A stretch of DNA of 64,000 nucleotides, taken from IMG/VR virus record IMGVR_UViG_3300045988_073298, one strand, 5' to 3'. Source of the DNA: a virus. The first letter of the stretch is position 1. Each line of letters begins with the position of its first letter. The notes below the pieces were generated by a model, which searched no databases, was not told the origin of the DNA, and saw nothing but the letters and a program-made list of their open reading frames with translations. Both the position numbers and the translations under genes were made by a program. Below are positions 55,532 to 64,000 of the stretch, piece after piece.

Positions 55532-56396
55532 GAAAACAATATTATTGATTGATGGGGAAAATATTCTACACCAATCTTTCCACAAGTTCGAAAAACTTAA
55601 ATCTACGGATGGAAAACCAAGTGGGGCAATATTCGGATTTTTTAAATCACTACATATGTACCTTACAAGGTTTGAACCGGATGATATTTATATATCATTT
55701 GATAATGGTCATTCTCCAGTAAGGATGGAGTTACTGCCTAACTATAAGGAGCATAGGAAAAATATCTCAGTAGATTATGAATCATTGCAAAAGCAAAAGG
55801 CAATCATAATGAAAATGCTGGGTATGCTAAGAATTAATTATATATTCGATAAAAAGAAATCCACAGTATATGAGGGAGATGATTTCTTAGCATACCTTGC
55901 AATTAAAAAATTCCAATCTGAAAAAATGATATTAATATCATCAGACAAGGATTTTAATCAGTTATTATCAAACAACTTAAGGATATATAATCCAAGAAAG
56001 GATGAAATGATAAGGATGGATAATTGTAAAGAGTTATTCGGATATCATTCTCATGAGACGGTAGAATATCTTGCAATGGTTGGAGATACTTCTGATGATA
56101 TACCTGGGTTTCCAGGTATTGGGCCAGTAAAGGCAAGGAAAATCCTTGATGAGGGTAGGATTGAAAAATTCATTGCTCACAGTAAAAATAAAGAATATCT
56201 TCAGATATGGAAAAGGAATGAGCAATTGATTGACCTTTTTTGGTTTGTAAGACATAATCCTTTAAAGGAATTACCTGTAAAATCAAAAAGACAGTTCAAA
56301 TATGAGAAATTCAAGAAAGTATGTATCGAATACTCTTTAGCATCTTTCTTGACAAATGAATTTATAAAACCATTTAAAGAATTACATCATGAGTAA
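55524..56396 (+). CDS. 5'-3' exonuclease / flap endonuclease (RNase H-like)
   Basis: The start is moved to the ATG at 55524 ('MSKKTILLIDGENILHQSFH'). 'ISSDKDFNQLL'. H3TH 'MVGDTSDDIPGFPGIGPVKARKIL'. Confidence 0.9.
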   Translation: MSKKTILLIDGENILHQSFHKFEKLKSTDGKPSGAIFGFFKSLHMYLTRFEPDDIYISFDNGHSPVRMELLPNYKEHRKNISVDYESLQKQKAIIMKMLGMLRINYIFDKKKSTVYEGDDFLAYLAIKKFQSEKMILISSDKDFNQLLSNNLRIYNPRKDEMIRMDNCKELFGYHSHETVEYLAMVGDTSDDIPGFPGIGPVKARKILDEGRIEKFIAHSKNKEYLQIWKRNEQLIDLFWFVRHNPLKELPVKSKRQFKYEKFKKVCIEYSLASFLTNEFIKPFKELHHE

Positions 56397-56976
56397 AAGA
56401 ATAATGTTTGTAGGTCCTTCTGGTATAGGGAAAACTACTTTAGCACAATACGTGGCTAAATCACAAAATATCCCTTTCATATCAGGTAGTATGTCAGATT
56501 TATTGCCCGCTACTAAGGATATATCACATAATGAAATACTCTCTTTGGGTTCAGAGGCAATGTATAAATCAGATTTTCAACTTCTGAATTTGAGGAACAA
56601 ATTATTTAAGGATAGAGAATACTTTGTAACTGATAGGAGTTATGCAGACTTGGCTGCTTACTTCTGGTATAAGCAATCAAGAAGTATTCCAGAGTGTGAA
56701 ATGGAACACTTCCTATGTCAGTGTAAAACATTAATGGAAGAACAATGTGACTTGGCAATCTTCTTACCTTTGAATTTGTATACTTACCAGAACTGGCAAA
56801 TGGAAAACAATGGTAAGAGAATACTAAACAGATTTTTTCAAGTTCAGATATCCTCACTCATGAGTGAATTACTTGCAAATTGGGAAATATCTACTGCTTG
56901 TATATCAGAACTTGATTTAGAGATGAGAATAAAACAAATAGATTACCATCTTGATAGGATATGGGGAAAGAAGTAA
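56389..56976 (+). CDS. P-loop (deoxy)nucleotide kinase-like protein
   Basis: 'FVGPSGIGKTTLAQ' Walker A. 'VTDRSYADLAAYF' resembles the DRS motif of deoxynucleoside/nucleotide kinases. Confidence 0.5.
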   Translation: MSKRIMFVGPSGIGKTTLAQYVAKSQNIPFISGSMSDLLPATKDISHNEILSLGSEAMYKSDFQLLNLRNKLFKDREYFVTDRSYADLAAYFWYKQSRSIPECEMEHFLCQCKTLMEEQCDLAIFLPLNLYTYQNWQMENNGKRILNRFFQVQISSLMSELLANWEISTACISELDLEMRIKQIDYHLDRIWGKK

Positions 56977-57935
56977 TAGCAATAGCCTTTTCGGATTTAC
57001 ACTTGAATCTTTGGGCTAAATTCAATGAGAATAATCATAGAACCCTGAATAGTTTCAGGGTTTTGTCGATTATACAAAAGCAATGTAGGAAGTATAATTG
57101 CCCAGCTTTATTCTGCGGAGACCTATTTCATAAGCCAGAGACTATGGACCAAGAACTTGATGAGATATGCTACAAGGAATTTAATAAGTATAATGATTAT
57201 GACCCTCTATGGATATACGCTATTTCAGGGAATCATGATATTAAGAAGGTAAGTAAAGCTGGTACACCTCCCTATAGCTGGCTTTATAGAGTAGAAAGGT
57301 ATGGGATTTATATATTAGATTATGGGTCTGCTATCTTATCTTCTAATCACAAGGATATAAAAGTATATGGTGTACCCTATATTGATAATAATGTGGGTCT
57401 AAATGAATATCTTAAGAAACTCGAATTAGATAAGAGTCTTAAGAATATACTTTTACTACACACTGATTATCCGGGAGCAAGGGATACTGATGGTAGAGAA
57501 ATAGACTCTGTAGAGAATCTTAATGTTAATCTTCTTAATAAGTTTGACTTAGTATTATGTGGGCATATACATAAACCTCAAAGGCTTTCGAAAAAGGTTT
57601 ATATGATTGGGGCAACTAATCACCAAAGAAGAACTGATAGGGATTGCGAATTGGGGTATTGGAAAATTTACGGAGATCTATCTATGAAGTTCATACCCTT
57701 AAAAGAATTTCCGAAATTCATAGATGTAGAATCTGAGAAAGATATTAAAGATGATGGCAATTATTATACTGTGATTCCTAAAAAAACTAGTACTCCAGTT
57801 AATAATAAACATAAGATTACTAAGCAACTTTCTAAGAAAACTCTAGCAAAGAGATACTTAAAAGAGAAAGGTATAAAAGATGAGGTTAAAACCAATCTTT
57901 TAATAGAAACACTTAAAAAAGCTGAATCATGTTAA
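56961..57935 (+). CDS. SbcD/Mre11-like nuclease (T4 gp47-like)
   Basis: Calcineurin-type phosphoesterase motifs 'IAFSDLHLN', 'CGDLFH', 'ISGNHD', 'LLLHTD', 'CGHIHKP'. Confidence 0.9.
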   Translation: MGKEVIAIAFSDLHLNLWAKFNENNHRTLNSFRVLSIIQKQCRKYNCPALFCGDLFHKPETMDQELDEICYKEFNKYNDYDPLWIYAISGNHDIKKVSKAGTPPYSWLYRVERYGIYILDYGSAILSSNHKDIKVYGVPYIDNNVGLNEYLKKLELDKSLKNILLLHTDYPGARDTDGREIDSVENLNVNLLNKFDLVLCGHIHKPQRLSKKVYMIGATNHQRRTDRDCELGYWKIYGDLSMKFIPLKEFPKFIDVESEKDIKDDGNYYTVIPKKTSTPVNNKHKITKQLSKKTLAKRYLKEKGIKDEVKTNLLIETLKKAESC

Positions 57936-59641
57936 CATTTCTAAGTATGGACGCAGAGGGATTCTGTTCAATAGAATCCCTACATTTGTTATTGAATACT
58001 CAATGTACCATACTAATCAAAGCTCCGAATGGCAAAGGGAAATCCACTATCCTTTCAGCTTTGGTATGGGCAATATATGGGAAGAATCTAAAGGGAGTTT
58101 CTGAGGTAAATACCTGGAAACAAGTAAGACCTAAGGATTATAAGGGTACAAAGGTACAAGTATACTTTCAAAAAGACTCACATACTTATAAGATACTAAG
58201 ATGTCAAAAATATGAAGGGGTACTTGATGATGGGGCTAAAGGTAAAGACCGACTTATATTTATCAAGGATGGAGATGTAATTGATATAAAGGGGAAAGGT
58301 AAGATACAGGATGCAATAAACAGAGAAATAGGTTTATCGTATACTCTGTTCATGAATTCAATTATGTTTGGCCAGGGTATAAGGAGGCTTATACAAGAGT
58401 CTAATTCAGACAAGAAAAAAATATTCGAAGAAGTATTTGATTTAGAGTTCTTAAACCTTGCTAAGGGCATTGCATTGCAGGATAAGAATAACCTTATATC
58501 TCAGATAAACGAAGTAGAGCATGAGTCTCAAATGTTGAAGAAAGAATTAGAGGCTAATAAAGAGGCTTACTTTGATATGAGAGATAGGGAAAAATCCTTC
58601 AAACAAAAGATTAGGGAAGAAAGGAAAGAACTAAAACAAGATAGAGAGAAGCTAACTAAGTTACTGATTGAAAAACAAAAACAGATTAAAGATGAAGTAG
58701 ATGCCTCACTTCATATAAAGATTAAGAAACAGAATAGACTAATCCTTGATTTAAGGGGTAAGATAAAAGATGCTAAAAGTTTATCAAATGTACCTCTCAA
58801 GACGGTAATTAAGGAATTAGTAATACAGTTAGAGGCAGGTCACTACAAACGTGCATTACGTGATGCTAAATCAATATATAAAGCGTTCTCTGACCTTGAT
58901 AAATATGATAGAGAGTATCAAGAGGCTTTAGAAAGGTTAGAGGAACTTGGTAGTGTAAATGATAAGTATAGGAAATTAAAATCTGATTGTGATGATATTG
59001 CTTCTGATATTGCTTCTGTTGATGAAGATTTGGCTAAGCTCAAACAGGAAAAACTTAAAGTCATGTCTCCCAAGTATAAACAGAAACTTAAAGAGATTAG
59101 GAAAAAATTACGGAAGGTTGATGAGGATTTTCACAACAAAGAATTAGAGCTTGAGAATTATAATTGGTTAATCAATGACCCATTGGGCAATAATGGGATT
59201 AAAGCTTATTTATTCGATTCTTCTCTTGAGTTCTTGAATAAGTGTTTAGAAAAGTATTCTGAAGTATTAGGATTTAGAATTGAATTTAATATTGATTTGG
59301 GTACTGCTAGAAAAGAATTTGTTACTCTTATAGAAAGAGATGGGCAAATAATTGATTATGATGAACTTAGTGGAGGAGAAAAACAATTGTGTAATGTTGC
59401 AATGGCATTTGCAATGAACGAAGCTCTTACTGCTTCTAAAGGTATTAACCTAGCATTCCTTGATGAGGTATTTGAATCTTTGAGTTCAGATAATGTTGAA
59501 GTAGTTACATCATTGATACGTCACATATTCAAAGAAAAAACTTTATTCTTGATAACCCATCTAGATTCACTTCCGTTAAGTAATACTAAAATCCTGCAAG
59601 TGGAAAAGGTTAATGGCCTGAGTAATTATAAACTACTATGA
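57929..59641 (+). CDS. SbcC/Rad50-like ATPase (T4 gp46-like)
   Basis: 'IKAPNGKGKST' Walker A, a long K/E-rich coiled coil, the 'LSGGEKQL' signature and 'LAFLDEVFESL' Walker B. Confidence 0.9.
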   Translation: MLTFLSMDAEGFCSIESLHLLLNTQCTILIKAPNGKGKSTILSALVWAIYGKNLKGVSEVNTWKQVRPKDYKGTKVQVYFQKDSHTYKILRCQKYEGVLDDGAKGKDRLIFIKDGDVIDIKGKGKIQDAINREIGLSYTLFMNSIMFGQGIRRLIQESNSDKKKIFEEVFDLEFLNLAKGIALQDKNNLISQINEVEHESQMLKKELEANKEAYFDMRDREKSFKQKIREERKELKQDREKLTKLLIEKQKQIKDEVDASLHIKIKKQNRLILDLRGKIKDAKSLSNVPLKTVIKELVIQLEAGHYKRALRDAKSIYKAFSDLDKYDREYQEALERLEELGSVNDKYRKLKSDCDDIASDIASVDEDLAKLKQEKLKVMSPKYKQKLKEIRKKLRKVDEDFHNKELELENYNWLINDPLGNNGIKAYLFDSSLEFLNKCLEKYSEVLGFRIEFNIDLGTARKEFVTLIERDGQIIDYDELSGGEKQLCNVAMAFAMNEALTASKGINLAFLDEVFESLSSDNVEVVTSLIRHIFKEKTLFLITHLDSLPLSNTKILQVEKVNGLSNYKLL

Positions 59642-59671
59642 TGTTATATTAAAAACTAATATAACAAGACA

Positions 59672-60187
59672 ATGGCAAATAGTAAACGTAAAGGTAATCG
59701 TTTTGAATTAAAAGTTTCTAAATGGTTTACCGAATGGACTTCATATAAGTTCGGAAGAACTCCCTACTCTGGAGCAAATCATCAGAGTAGGGATTTAGCT
59801 TCTGATATCATGTGTACGGATGAAAAACATGCTCATAGATGTAAAATATCGGTTGAGTGTAAAAACTATAAAGATATCAAATTCGAACATGTACTTCTCG
59901 GCAATAAAACTTGTGATATCCTAAGATTCTGGGAACAAGCAAGTAAGGATGCTAAAAGGGCAAATAAACTCCCAATACTGTGTATGAGGTATAACTCTAT
60001 GCCTGCAAATGAATTTTTCTTTGTAGTTGGAGTAAAACTGGGAGACATTATTGCAGAATATGTTACTAAAGTAATGTATATTCAGGTACCGGGGAATACT
60101 CTTATGGTATTTATGGCTAGTGAGGTTTTAAATGTACCCTACAAGTTAATTCATAAACAAGCAAAGTCAATTCTTAAAAACTCCTAA
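59672..60187 (+). CDS. PD-(D/E)xK nuclease, Holliday-junction-resolvase-like
   Basis: 'KRKGNRFELKV', 'ASDIMC', 'ISVECKNYK' give the Hjc-like E...D...ExK arrangement. Confidence 0.55.
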   Translation: MANSKRKGNRFELKVSKWFTEWTSYKFGRTPYSGANHQSRDLASDIMCTDEKHAHRCKISVECKNYKDIKFEHVLLGNKTCDILRFWEQASKDAKRANKLPILCMRYNSMPANEFFFVVGVKLGDIIAEYVTKVMYIQVPGNTLMVFMASEVLNVPYKLIHKQAKSILKNS

Positions 60188-60191
60188 ACTT

Positions 60192-60908
60192 ATGAAAAAG
60201 CATACCCCATACTCGTATTGTATATTTTACCTTGAAAGGAAATACTGTGATAGGATAAACCAAGAACTCAAAGAAAAGGGGTATGACCAAATCAAGGCAA
60301 TAATTCCGATGGTGAATGTATTAAGGAAAACTACAAAAGGTAAAATGGTATTCGAAGAAGTACCTGTATTATTCAATTATGGTTTTATGAGAATGCCAAC
60401 TAAATTAGCATTCTCAAGGCCTTTTCTTAATAAATTACGTAGAAATATATCTGGTATCAGAACTTGGTTACGTAATACTGAGACAATGCACCCCAGGAAG
60501 AAAAAAGTAAGGATAGATAATGCCGAAGACTTCGATGATTTTTCTTTAGTAGCTACTTGTAGTAGAAAAGAAGTAAGGCGATTTAAACGAATTGCTAAAG
60601 AGAACAAGAAATTTTCTGTAGATGATTTAGTTAATGTAAAGCCTGGAGATTACTTAGTATTAAGGGGATACCCTTATGAGGGTGTTGATGCTACTGTATT
60701 AGAAGTAGATCATCTATGTAAAAGAGTAAAAGTACTTATATATCCAGAGATGGGTAAAATGGAGGTATGGTTACCCTTTGATAATGTTATATATAGCGTA
60801 TATTTAAATCATGACCCAGATAAGCTATTTGCTAATTCGGGTGATTATGACCCTAATCAGATAACCGATGAAGCAATTGATAGTATAATGAATTTTAGAA
60901 GAAGTTAA
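60192..60908 (+). CDS. NusG/UpxY-like transcription elongation factor (NGN + KOW)
   Basis: NGN-like 'YCIFYLERKYCDRINQELKEKGYDQIKAIIPMVNVLRKTTKGKMVFEEVPVLFNYGFMRM'. KOW-like 'FSVDDLVNVKPGDYLVLRGYPYEGVDATVLEVDHLCKRVKVLIY'. Confidence 0.55.
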   Translation: MKKHTPYSYCIFYLERKYCDRINQELKEKGYDQIKAIIPMVNVLRKTTKGKMVFEEVPVLFNYGFMRMPTKLAFSRPFLNKLRRNISGIRTWLRNTETMHPRKKKVRIDNAEDFDDFSLVATCSRKEVRRFKRIAKENKKFSVDDLVNVKPGDYLVLRGYPYEGVDATVLEVDHLCKRVKVLIYPEMGKMEVWLPFDNVIYSVYLNHDPDKLFANSGDYDPNQITDEAIDSIMNFRRS

Positions 60909-60909
60909 T

Positions 60910-61893
60910 ATGATGAACGAAGCTCAACAAAAAGCCTGGAGTTGTTTGATAGATAAAGAACAACAATCATTATTCCTTCAACTATCAGAAAGTAAATCTT
61001 CATGGGAAGCTGGTGAAATTTTAAAGTTATCTCATTACAAGTATCTTGAAATCCGAGAACGGTCTGAAAAATTTTTTAGGCTATTTTCGGATTTTTTTGA
61101 GAAACACACTTCTATTTTTCGACCAGACTGCCCATGTGAGAGAAATTTTCAGGATTACATTGAGGGGTGTTTAGAGAAACGACTGAAGCGAAAAGAAGCA
61201 AGTGTGTATACTGGGGATTCTACTCAATTACTACCCAAGGTGAATTCTAAAAACCTCGAAAGGAATATAAAGCGATTAAAAGAGTCGGAAGATGAATGGG
61301 ATAGGGACACTCTAAGATTAATTCTTGAGTTTGACAGGTGGAATAATTTTAGAATACTTCCAAGAATGCTACAGCAGCCTTCTGCATTTAAAAGAAGGTC
61401 AAATAAGAAGGATAAGATATATATTAAATATCTTCTTAGTAGGGTACCGGATTGGATGCACACTAAATTAAAAGAGAGGTTTAAGTATAAAGTAAAACCT
61501 GGTAAAAAGAAATATTGGGTAGCTTTAATATCAGAGGATTTGTATACTGATGGTTATCTACTATTACCTGTAAGACCCTTAGATGAAGTAGTTAGTGAAT
61601 TTAGTAGATTCTACATGTATGTGTTTGAAACAAAAGACGATGCCGATACTTTTGGTTTTATGGTATCTAAATTTATGATTAAAACAGGTACAGTAAAGCT
61701 TGGACAAAAATTCTGGCCAGAGTACAGATGCTGTGTGGAAAGAGCAGTAAACTATAATCAAGTGAATAACATAGAATTCAATATCAAGAAATTAGATATG
61801 GCTTATAATACCCATACTTATAGAAAACCGAAGAAACCCAAATCTACTGCCGTAGAACGGGCAAAAACCTCAGATTTTTATAAAAATAAATAG
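60910..61893 (+). CDS. hypothetical protein with N-terminal sigma-region-4/LuxR-like HTH
   Basis: 'LIDKEQQSLFLQLSESKSSWEAGEILKLSHYKYLEIRERSEKFF' resembles a region-4-type HTH. The remaining ~270 aa are unassigned. Confidence 0.4.
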   Translation: MMNEAQQKAWSCLIDKEQQSLFLQLSESKSSWEAGEILKLSHYKYLEIRERSEKFFRLFSDFFEKHTSIFRPDCPCERNFQDYIEGCLEKRLKRKEASVYTGDSTQLLPKVNSKNLERNIKRLKESEDEWDRDTLRLILEFDRWNNFRILPRMLQQPSAFKRRSNKKDKIYIKYLLSRVPDWMHTKLKERFKYKVKPGKKKYWVALISEDLYTDGYLLLPVRPLDEVVSEFSRFYMYVFETKDDADTFGFMVSKFMIKTGTVKLGQKFWPEYRCCVERAVNYNQVNNIEFNIKKLDMAYNTHTYRKPKKPKSTAVERAKTSDFYKNK

Positions 61894-61921
61894 ATTAATA
61901 AGATATAATTAAAATATTATT

Positions 61922-61941
61922 CTTATATTTGCATAACGAAT
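61922..61941 (+). promoter_or_regulatory. 20-nt promoter element CTTATATTTGCATAACGAAT (contains -7 box TATATTTG), copy 2
   Basis: Identical to the reverse complement of 38128-38147. It ends 16 nt upstream of the ATG at 61958, in a 64-nt non-coding gap. Confidence 0.65.
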
Positions 61942-61957
61942 TAATGAATACTTAAAT

Positions 61958-62542
61958 ATGACAAGAAAAAAAGATAAAAAAGAAAAGAAAGCTCCCTCTA
62001 AAGAGAAATCGAATTTCTTGGGGGCATCTGGGAGAAACATGACTTACAAGGATTTAAAGAGAAAGGCCATCATATTGGGTATGCCCTTTCCAGATGCTTG
62101 TTCTGCTGGTGTATTTGACTTATTACATTTTATAAATGTATCGGAAGAAAAACCAGATAAGTCATTAATAGATAAATATGATGATTGGATGGATAAGCAA
62201 TTAGAGAATATTGGCTATTCAAAGGATGATCCGCTAAGGAATTCTCGGTTAAGACTCGGGTTTCTTGGAGAAGAAGGGGAAAATGGGCAAAGAAGAACAA
62301 AACGGGTACCAGGGATAAAGAAACCTCGGGAAAAGAAACCACCAAGAGAAAGAGATGAATTCAATCTTATCAAGGGTACTAAAAAATCTTACGTATTCGA
62401 ATTGACTGCAAAGGGTTTTGAACTTGATAGGGTTATTCGGAGAATGAAAAAGAAATTCCCAGAGGCAAATGAGAAATCAATTAACCTTTGGTATAGAATG
62501 GCAAAAAGGAATATCAATGGTAAAACTAAGGGAGGGAAATAA
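61958..62542 (+). CDS. hypothetical basic protein
   Basis: 194 aa, Lys/Arg-rich N-terminus and middle. Driven by the conserved promoter element. Confidence 0.55.
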   Translation: MTRKKDKKEKKAPSKEKSNFLGASGRNMTYKDLKRKAIILGMPFPDACSAGVFDLLHFINVSEEKPDKSLIDKYDDWMDKQLENIGYSKDDPLRNSRLRLGFLGEEGENGQRRTKRVPGIKKPREKKPPRERDEFNLIKGTKKSYVFELTAKGFELDRVIRRMKKKFPEANEKSINLWYRMAKRNINGKTKGGK

Positions 62543-63080
62543 TGAACCGATACGACCAGATAGGTATTATATTTGGACTTGGAGACCAGATACCACCAAC
62601 AAGTATATAACTGAAAAAAGTTTATATAGGAAACACTTAACTGGTATCCCCTATTTTACTAGACATCACGTAAAAGTTACTTTAGTTTACCTTTATGGAG
62701 TTGATGTTCTTCAATATATCCATATAATATCTGGAAGGAAACTAATAAGGCAGGGTATTAAAGAATTATCCGATATGAATGGTACCCGGTATAAATGGGG
62801 ATACACTAAATTCTGGTACAAGGGTAAATTCGTAAAAGCGAAAAAATTTATAATACCCGAGGAATATCATATTGATAAACATAGGCGAAGAAGATTCATG
62901 GTTCAAATGCACAGAGTCTTTAAGTCTAAAGGAAAAAAGGAATTCGATGAAAGATACTCAATTAAACTCTATGGACAACGGCAGGGCATATCTACCGAGC
63001 ATCTCCACAAAAAGAGATTACAGGTCCGTCTTGCTATCCTACAGGATTTACAACAGGCTGAATCCAGAGGAGAAAAATAG
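62517..63080 (+). CDS. hypothetical protein
   Basis: The start is moved to the ATG at 62517 ('MVKLREGNNEP'), which reduces the overlap with the upstream gene to 26 nt. 187 aa. Confidence 0.45.
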   Translation: MVKLREGNNEPIRPDRYYIWTWRPDTTNKYITEKSLYRKHLTGIPYFTRHHVKVTLVYLYGVDVLQYIHIISGRKLIRQGIKELSDMNGTRYKWGYTKFWYKGKFVKAKKFIIPEEYHIDKHRRRRFMVQMHRVFKSKGKKEFDERYSIKLYGQRQGISTEHLHKKRLQVRLAILQDLQQAESRGEK

Positions 63081-63147
63081 GTTCAATATATTTTTTCTTC
63101 AGTACCCTCCATTGGTAAGTTCACTAGCTTTATATTTAAGAAAGAAA

Positions 63148-63492
63148 ATGAACATCCCAATACAGAAGGTACTATTTATCAAAGCACAAAGGGATATGCT
63201 TGATATATTCGATGAGGCATCACTTAAATTTATTGGGTATTTGCCAAAAGAAAGGTTCATCAAGAAATCGCTTTTGTTCCAAGGATTTATATCATTGGGG
63301 GATATTAAGCTTAGAAGTTCTTATGCTTATATAATGACCAATAGGATGATAGAAAATAAGATATGGGTATACCCAATTCGACTATCGGATAACTATAAAT
63401 CAATACAAAAAGGGAAATATAAATTATATACCGAAGTATTTGGTAAGGTTGGTATTCCTGGAATAACTAAAATTAGGTATAGCAATGAATAA
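63148..63492 (+). CDS. hypothetical protein (start uncertain)
   Basis: The track ORF begins at 62872, inside the upstream gene. The first ATG past the upstream stop is 63148 ('MNIPIQKVLF'). The frame stays open between 63081 and 63147, so a non-ATG start is possible. Confidence 0.4.
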   Translation: MNIPIQKVLFIKAQRDMLDIFDEASLKFIGYLPKERFIKKSLLFQGFISLGDIKLRSSYAYIMTNRMIENKIWVYPIRLSDNYKSIQKGKYKLYTEVFGKVGIPGITKIRYSNE

Positions 63493-63718
63493 TAAATTAT
63501 CAAGGGTAGGGTTAGTAACCCATGGCCCAATTAATCCTTTCATAGGTAAGACCTTTAAAAAGGTAACCTATGATAAACACCATAAGGAGGTTAAATCAGA
63601 AGTGGTAACCATAGAATCTCAAATAGAATTGAAAACAACTCTAGATGAGATTAAACAATTTAACAGTGATAACGAAAATCCCGGAAACGGTAATTATCAG
63701 AAACTTATAACAGAGTGA
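63485..63718 (+). CDS. hypothetical small protein
   Basis: 77 aa, ATGA-type coupling to the upstream gene. Confidence 0.45.
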   Translation: MNNKLSRVGLVTHGPINPFIGKTFKKVTYDKHHKEVKSEVVTIESQIELKTTLDEIKQFNSDNENPGNGNYQKLITE

Positions 63719-63757
63719 TATATTTTATATTAATTAACCAACTTAAACATTACGAAA

Positions 63758-64000
63758 ATGGCTAAGAAGAAAAAAGAAGTGGAACTGAAAGAAGTTTCCA
63801 GAACAGAAATTAATGGTGCAATTATCATCAAGTATGAAGATGGCTCAGTAAAAATCATCCCGGCTCCAATTACCTTGACCGCTGAAGAAGCTGAAGACCT
63901 CTTTGGTGCTGAATCCGAGGAAGAAGAAGAGGAAGAAGAAGAGGAAGAAGAAGAGGAAGAAGAAGAGGAAGAAGAAGAGGAAGAAGAAGAGGAAGAAGAA
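63758..64000 (+). CDS. partial CDS (5' end) with a poly-Glu tract, running off the window
   Basis: The ATG at 63758 opens a frame that stays open to the window edge (81 codons): 'MAKKKKEVELKEVSRTEINGAIIIKYEDGSVKIIPAPITLTAEEAEDLFGAESEEEEEE...'. It is absent from the ORF track because no stop is reached. Confidence 0.6.
   Translation, partial: MAKKKKEVELKEVSRTEINGAIIIKYEDGSVKIIPAPITLTAEEAEDLFGAESEEEEEEEEEEEEEEEEEEEEEEEEEEEE
63917..64000 (+). repeat. perfect 12-nt tandem repeat (GAGGAAGAAGAA) x7, truncated by the window edge
   Basis: Read directly. Seven identical units, each encoding EEEE. Confidence 0.95.

Noticed and set aside
62872-63147. 5' portion of track ORF 62872-63492 overlapping the upstream gene by 209 nt
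   Set aside because: Such a long overlap is atypical for this genome, where overlaps are 1-32 nt. The first ATG after the upstream stop (63148) gives a compact arrangement. The open frame between 63081 and 63147 leaves the true start uncertain.
1-64000. Search for tRNA/rRNA genes, CRISPR arrays, integrase/repressor lysogeny module, reverse transcriptase/DGR, toxin-antitoxin pairs and DNA methyltransferases
   Set aside because: Non-coding gaps are too short and lack cloverleaf-like structure. There are no spaced direct repeats apart from the coding repeats listed. No ORF shows integrase (R..H.R..Y), RT (YxDD) or methyltransferase (FxGxG / DPPY / PC..ENV) motifs by eye. Absence within this window says nothing about the rest of the genome.

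Overview
The window is an AT-rich, tightly packed and almost entirely + strand segment of a tailed dsDNA phage with a contractile tail (myovirus-type gene set). It is not bacterial chromosome. The left half (about 0.3-37.4 kb) is the virion module: large terminase, portal, protease/scaffold, decoration protein and major capsid. These are followed by neck genes, a 2094-aa fibre with accessory proteins, sheath, tube and a chaperone with a candidate -1 frameshift. The module ends with the tape measure, a P2/Mu-like baseplate (hub, spike, gp25-like, gpJ-like, gpI-like), a holin-like protein and a tail-collar fibre. One minus-strand gene (sigma-factor-like, 37464-38117) separates this from a T4-flavoured replication, recombination and nucleotide-metabolism module (38.3-63.7 kb). 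That module has a DnaB-like helicase, primase, HNH endonuclease, SF2 helicase and family-A DNA polymerase. It also has GroES-like and gp32-like proteins, RecA/UvsX-like, FEN, SbcCD-like, a resolvase-like nuclease and a NusG-like factor. Several signals point to a Bacteroidota host: TAnnTTTG promoter boxes, no Shine-Dalgarno sequences, BACON-like repeats and a NusG/UpxY-like factor. The most interesting candidate system is at 46.0-49.5 kb. It contains two unrelated dNTP pyrophosphatases and two thymidylate-synthase-fold paralogues, both with Asp at the base-specificity position as in T4 dCMP hydroxymethylase. This suggests a cytosine-C5 DNA modification pathway that goes beyond the known T4 scheme. 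Other notable items are a self-contained Cys-cluster/glycine-zipper gene and an exact 20-nt promoter element present twice. The giant fibre also carries three copies of an internal module and a 50-bp perfect in-frame direct repeat. No tRNA, rRNA, CRISPR array, integrase or reverse transcriptase was recognised. All functional calls rest on motifs read by eye from the translations and on gene order. No database search was run.
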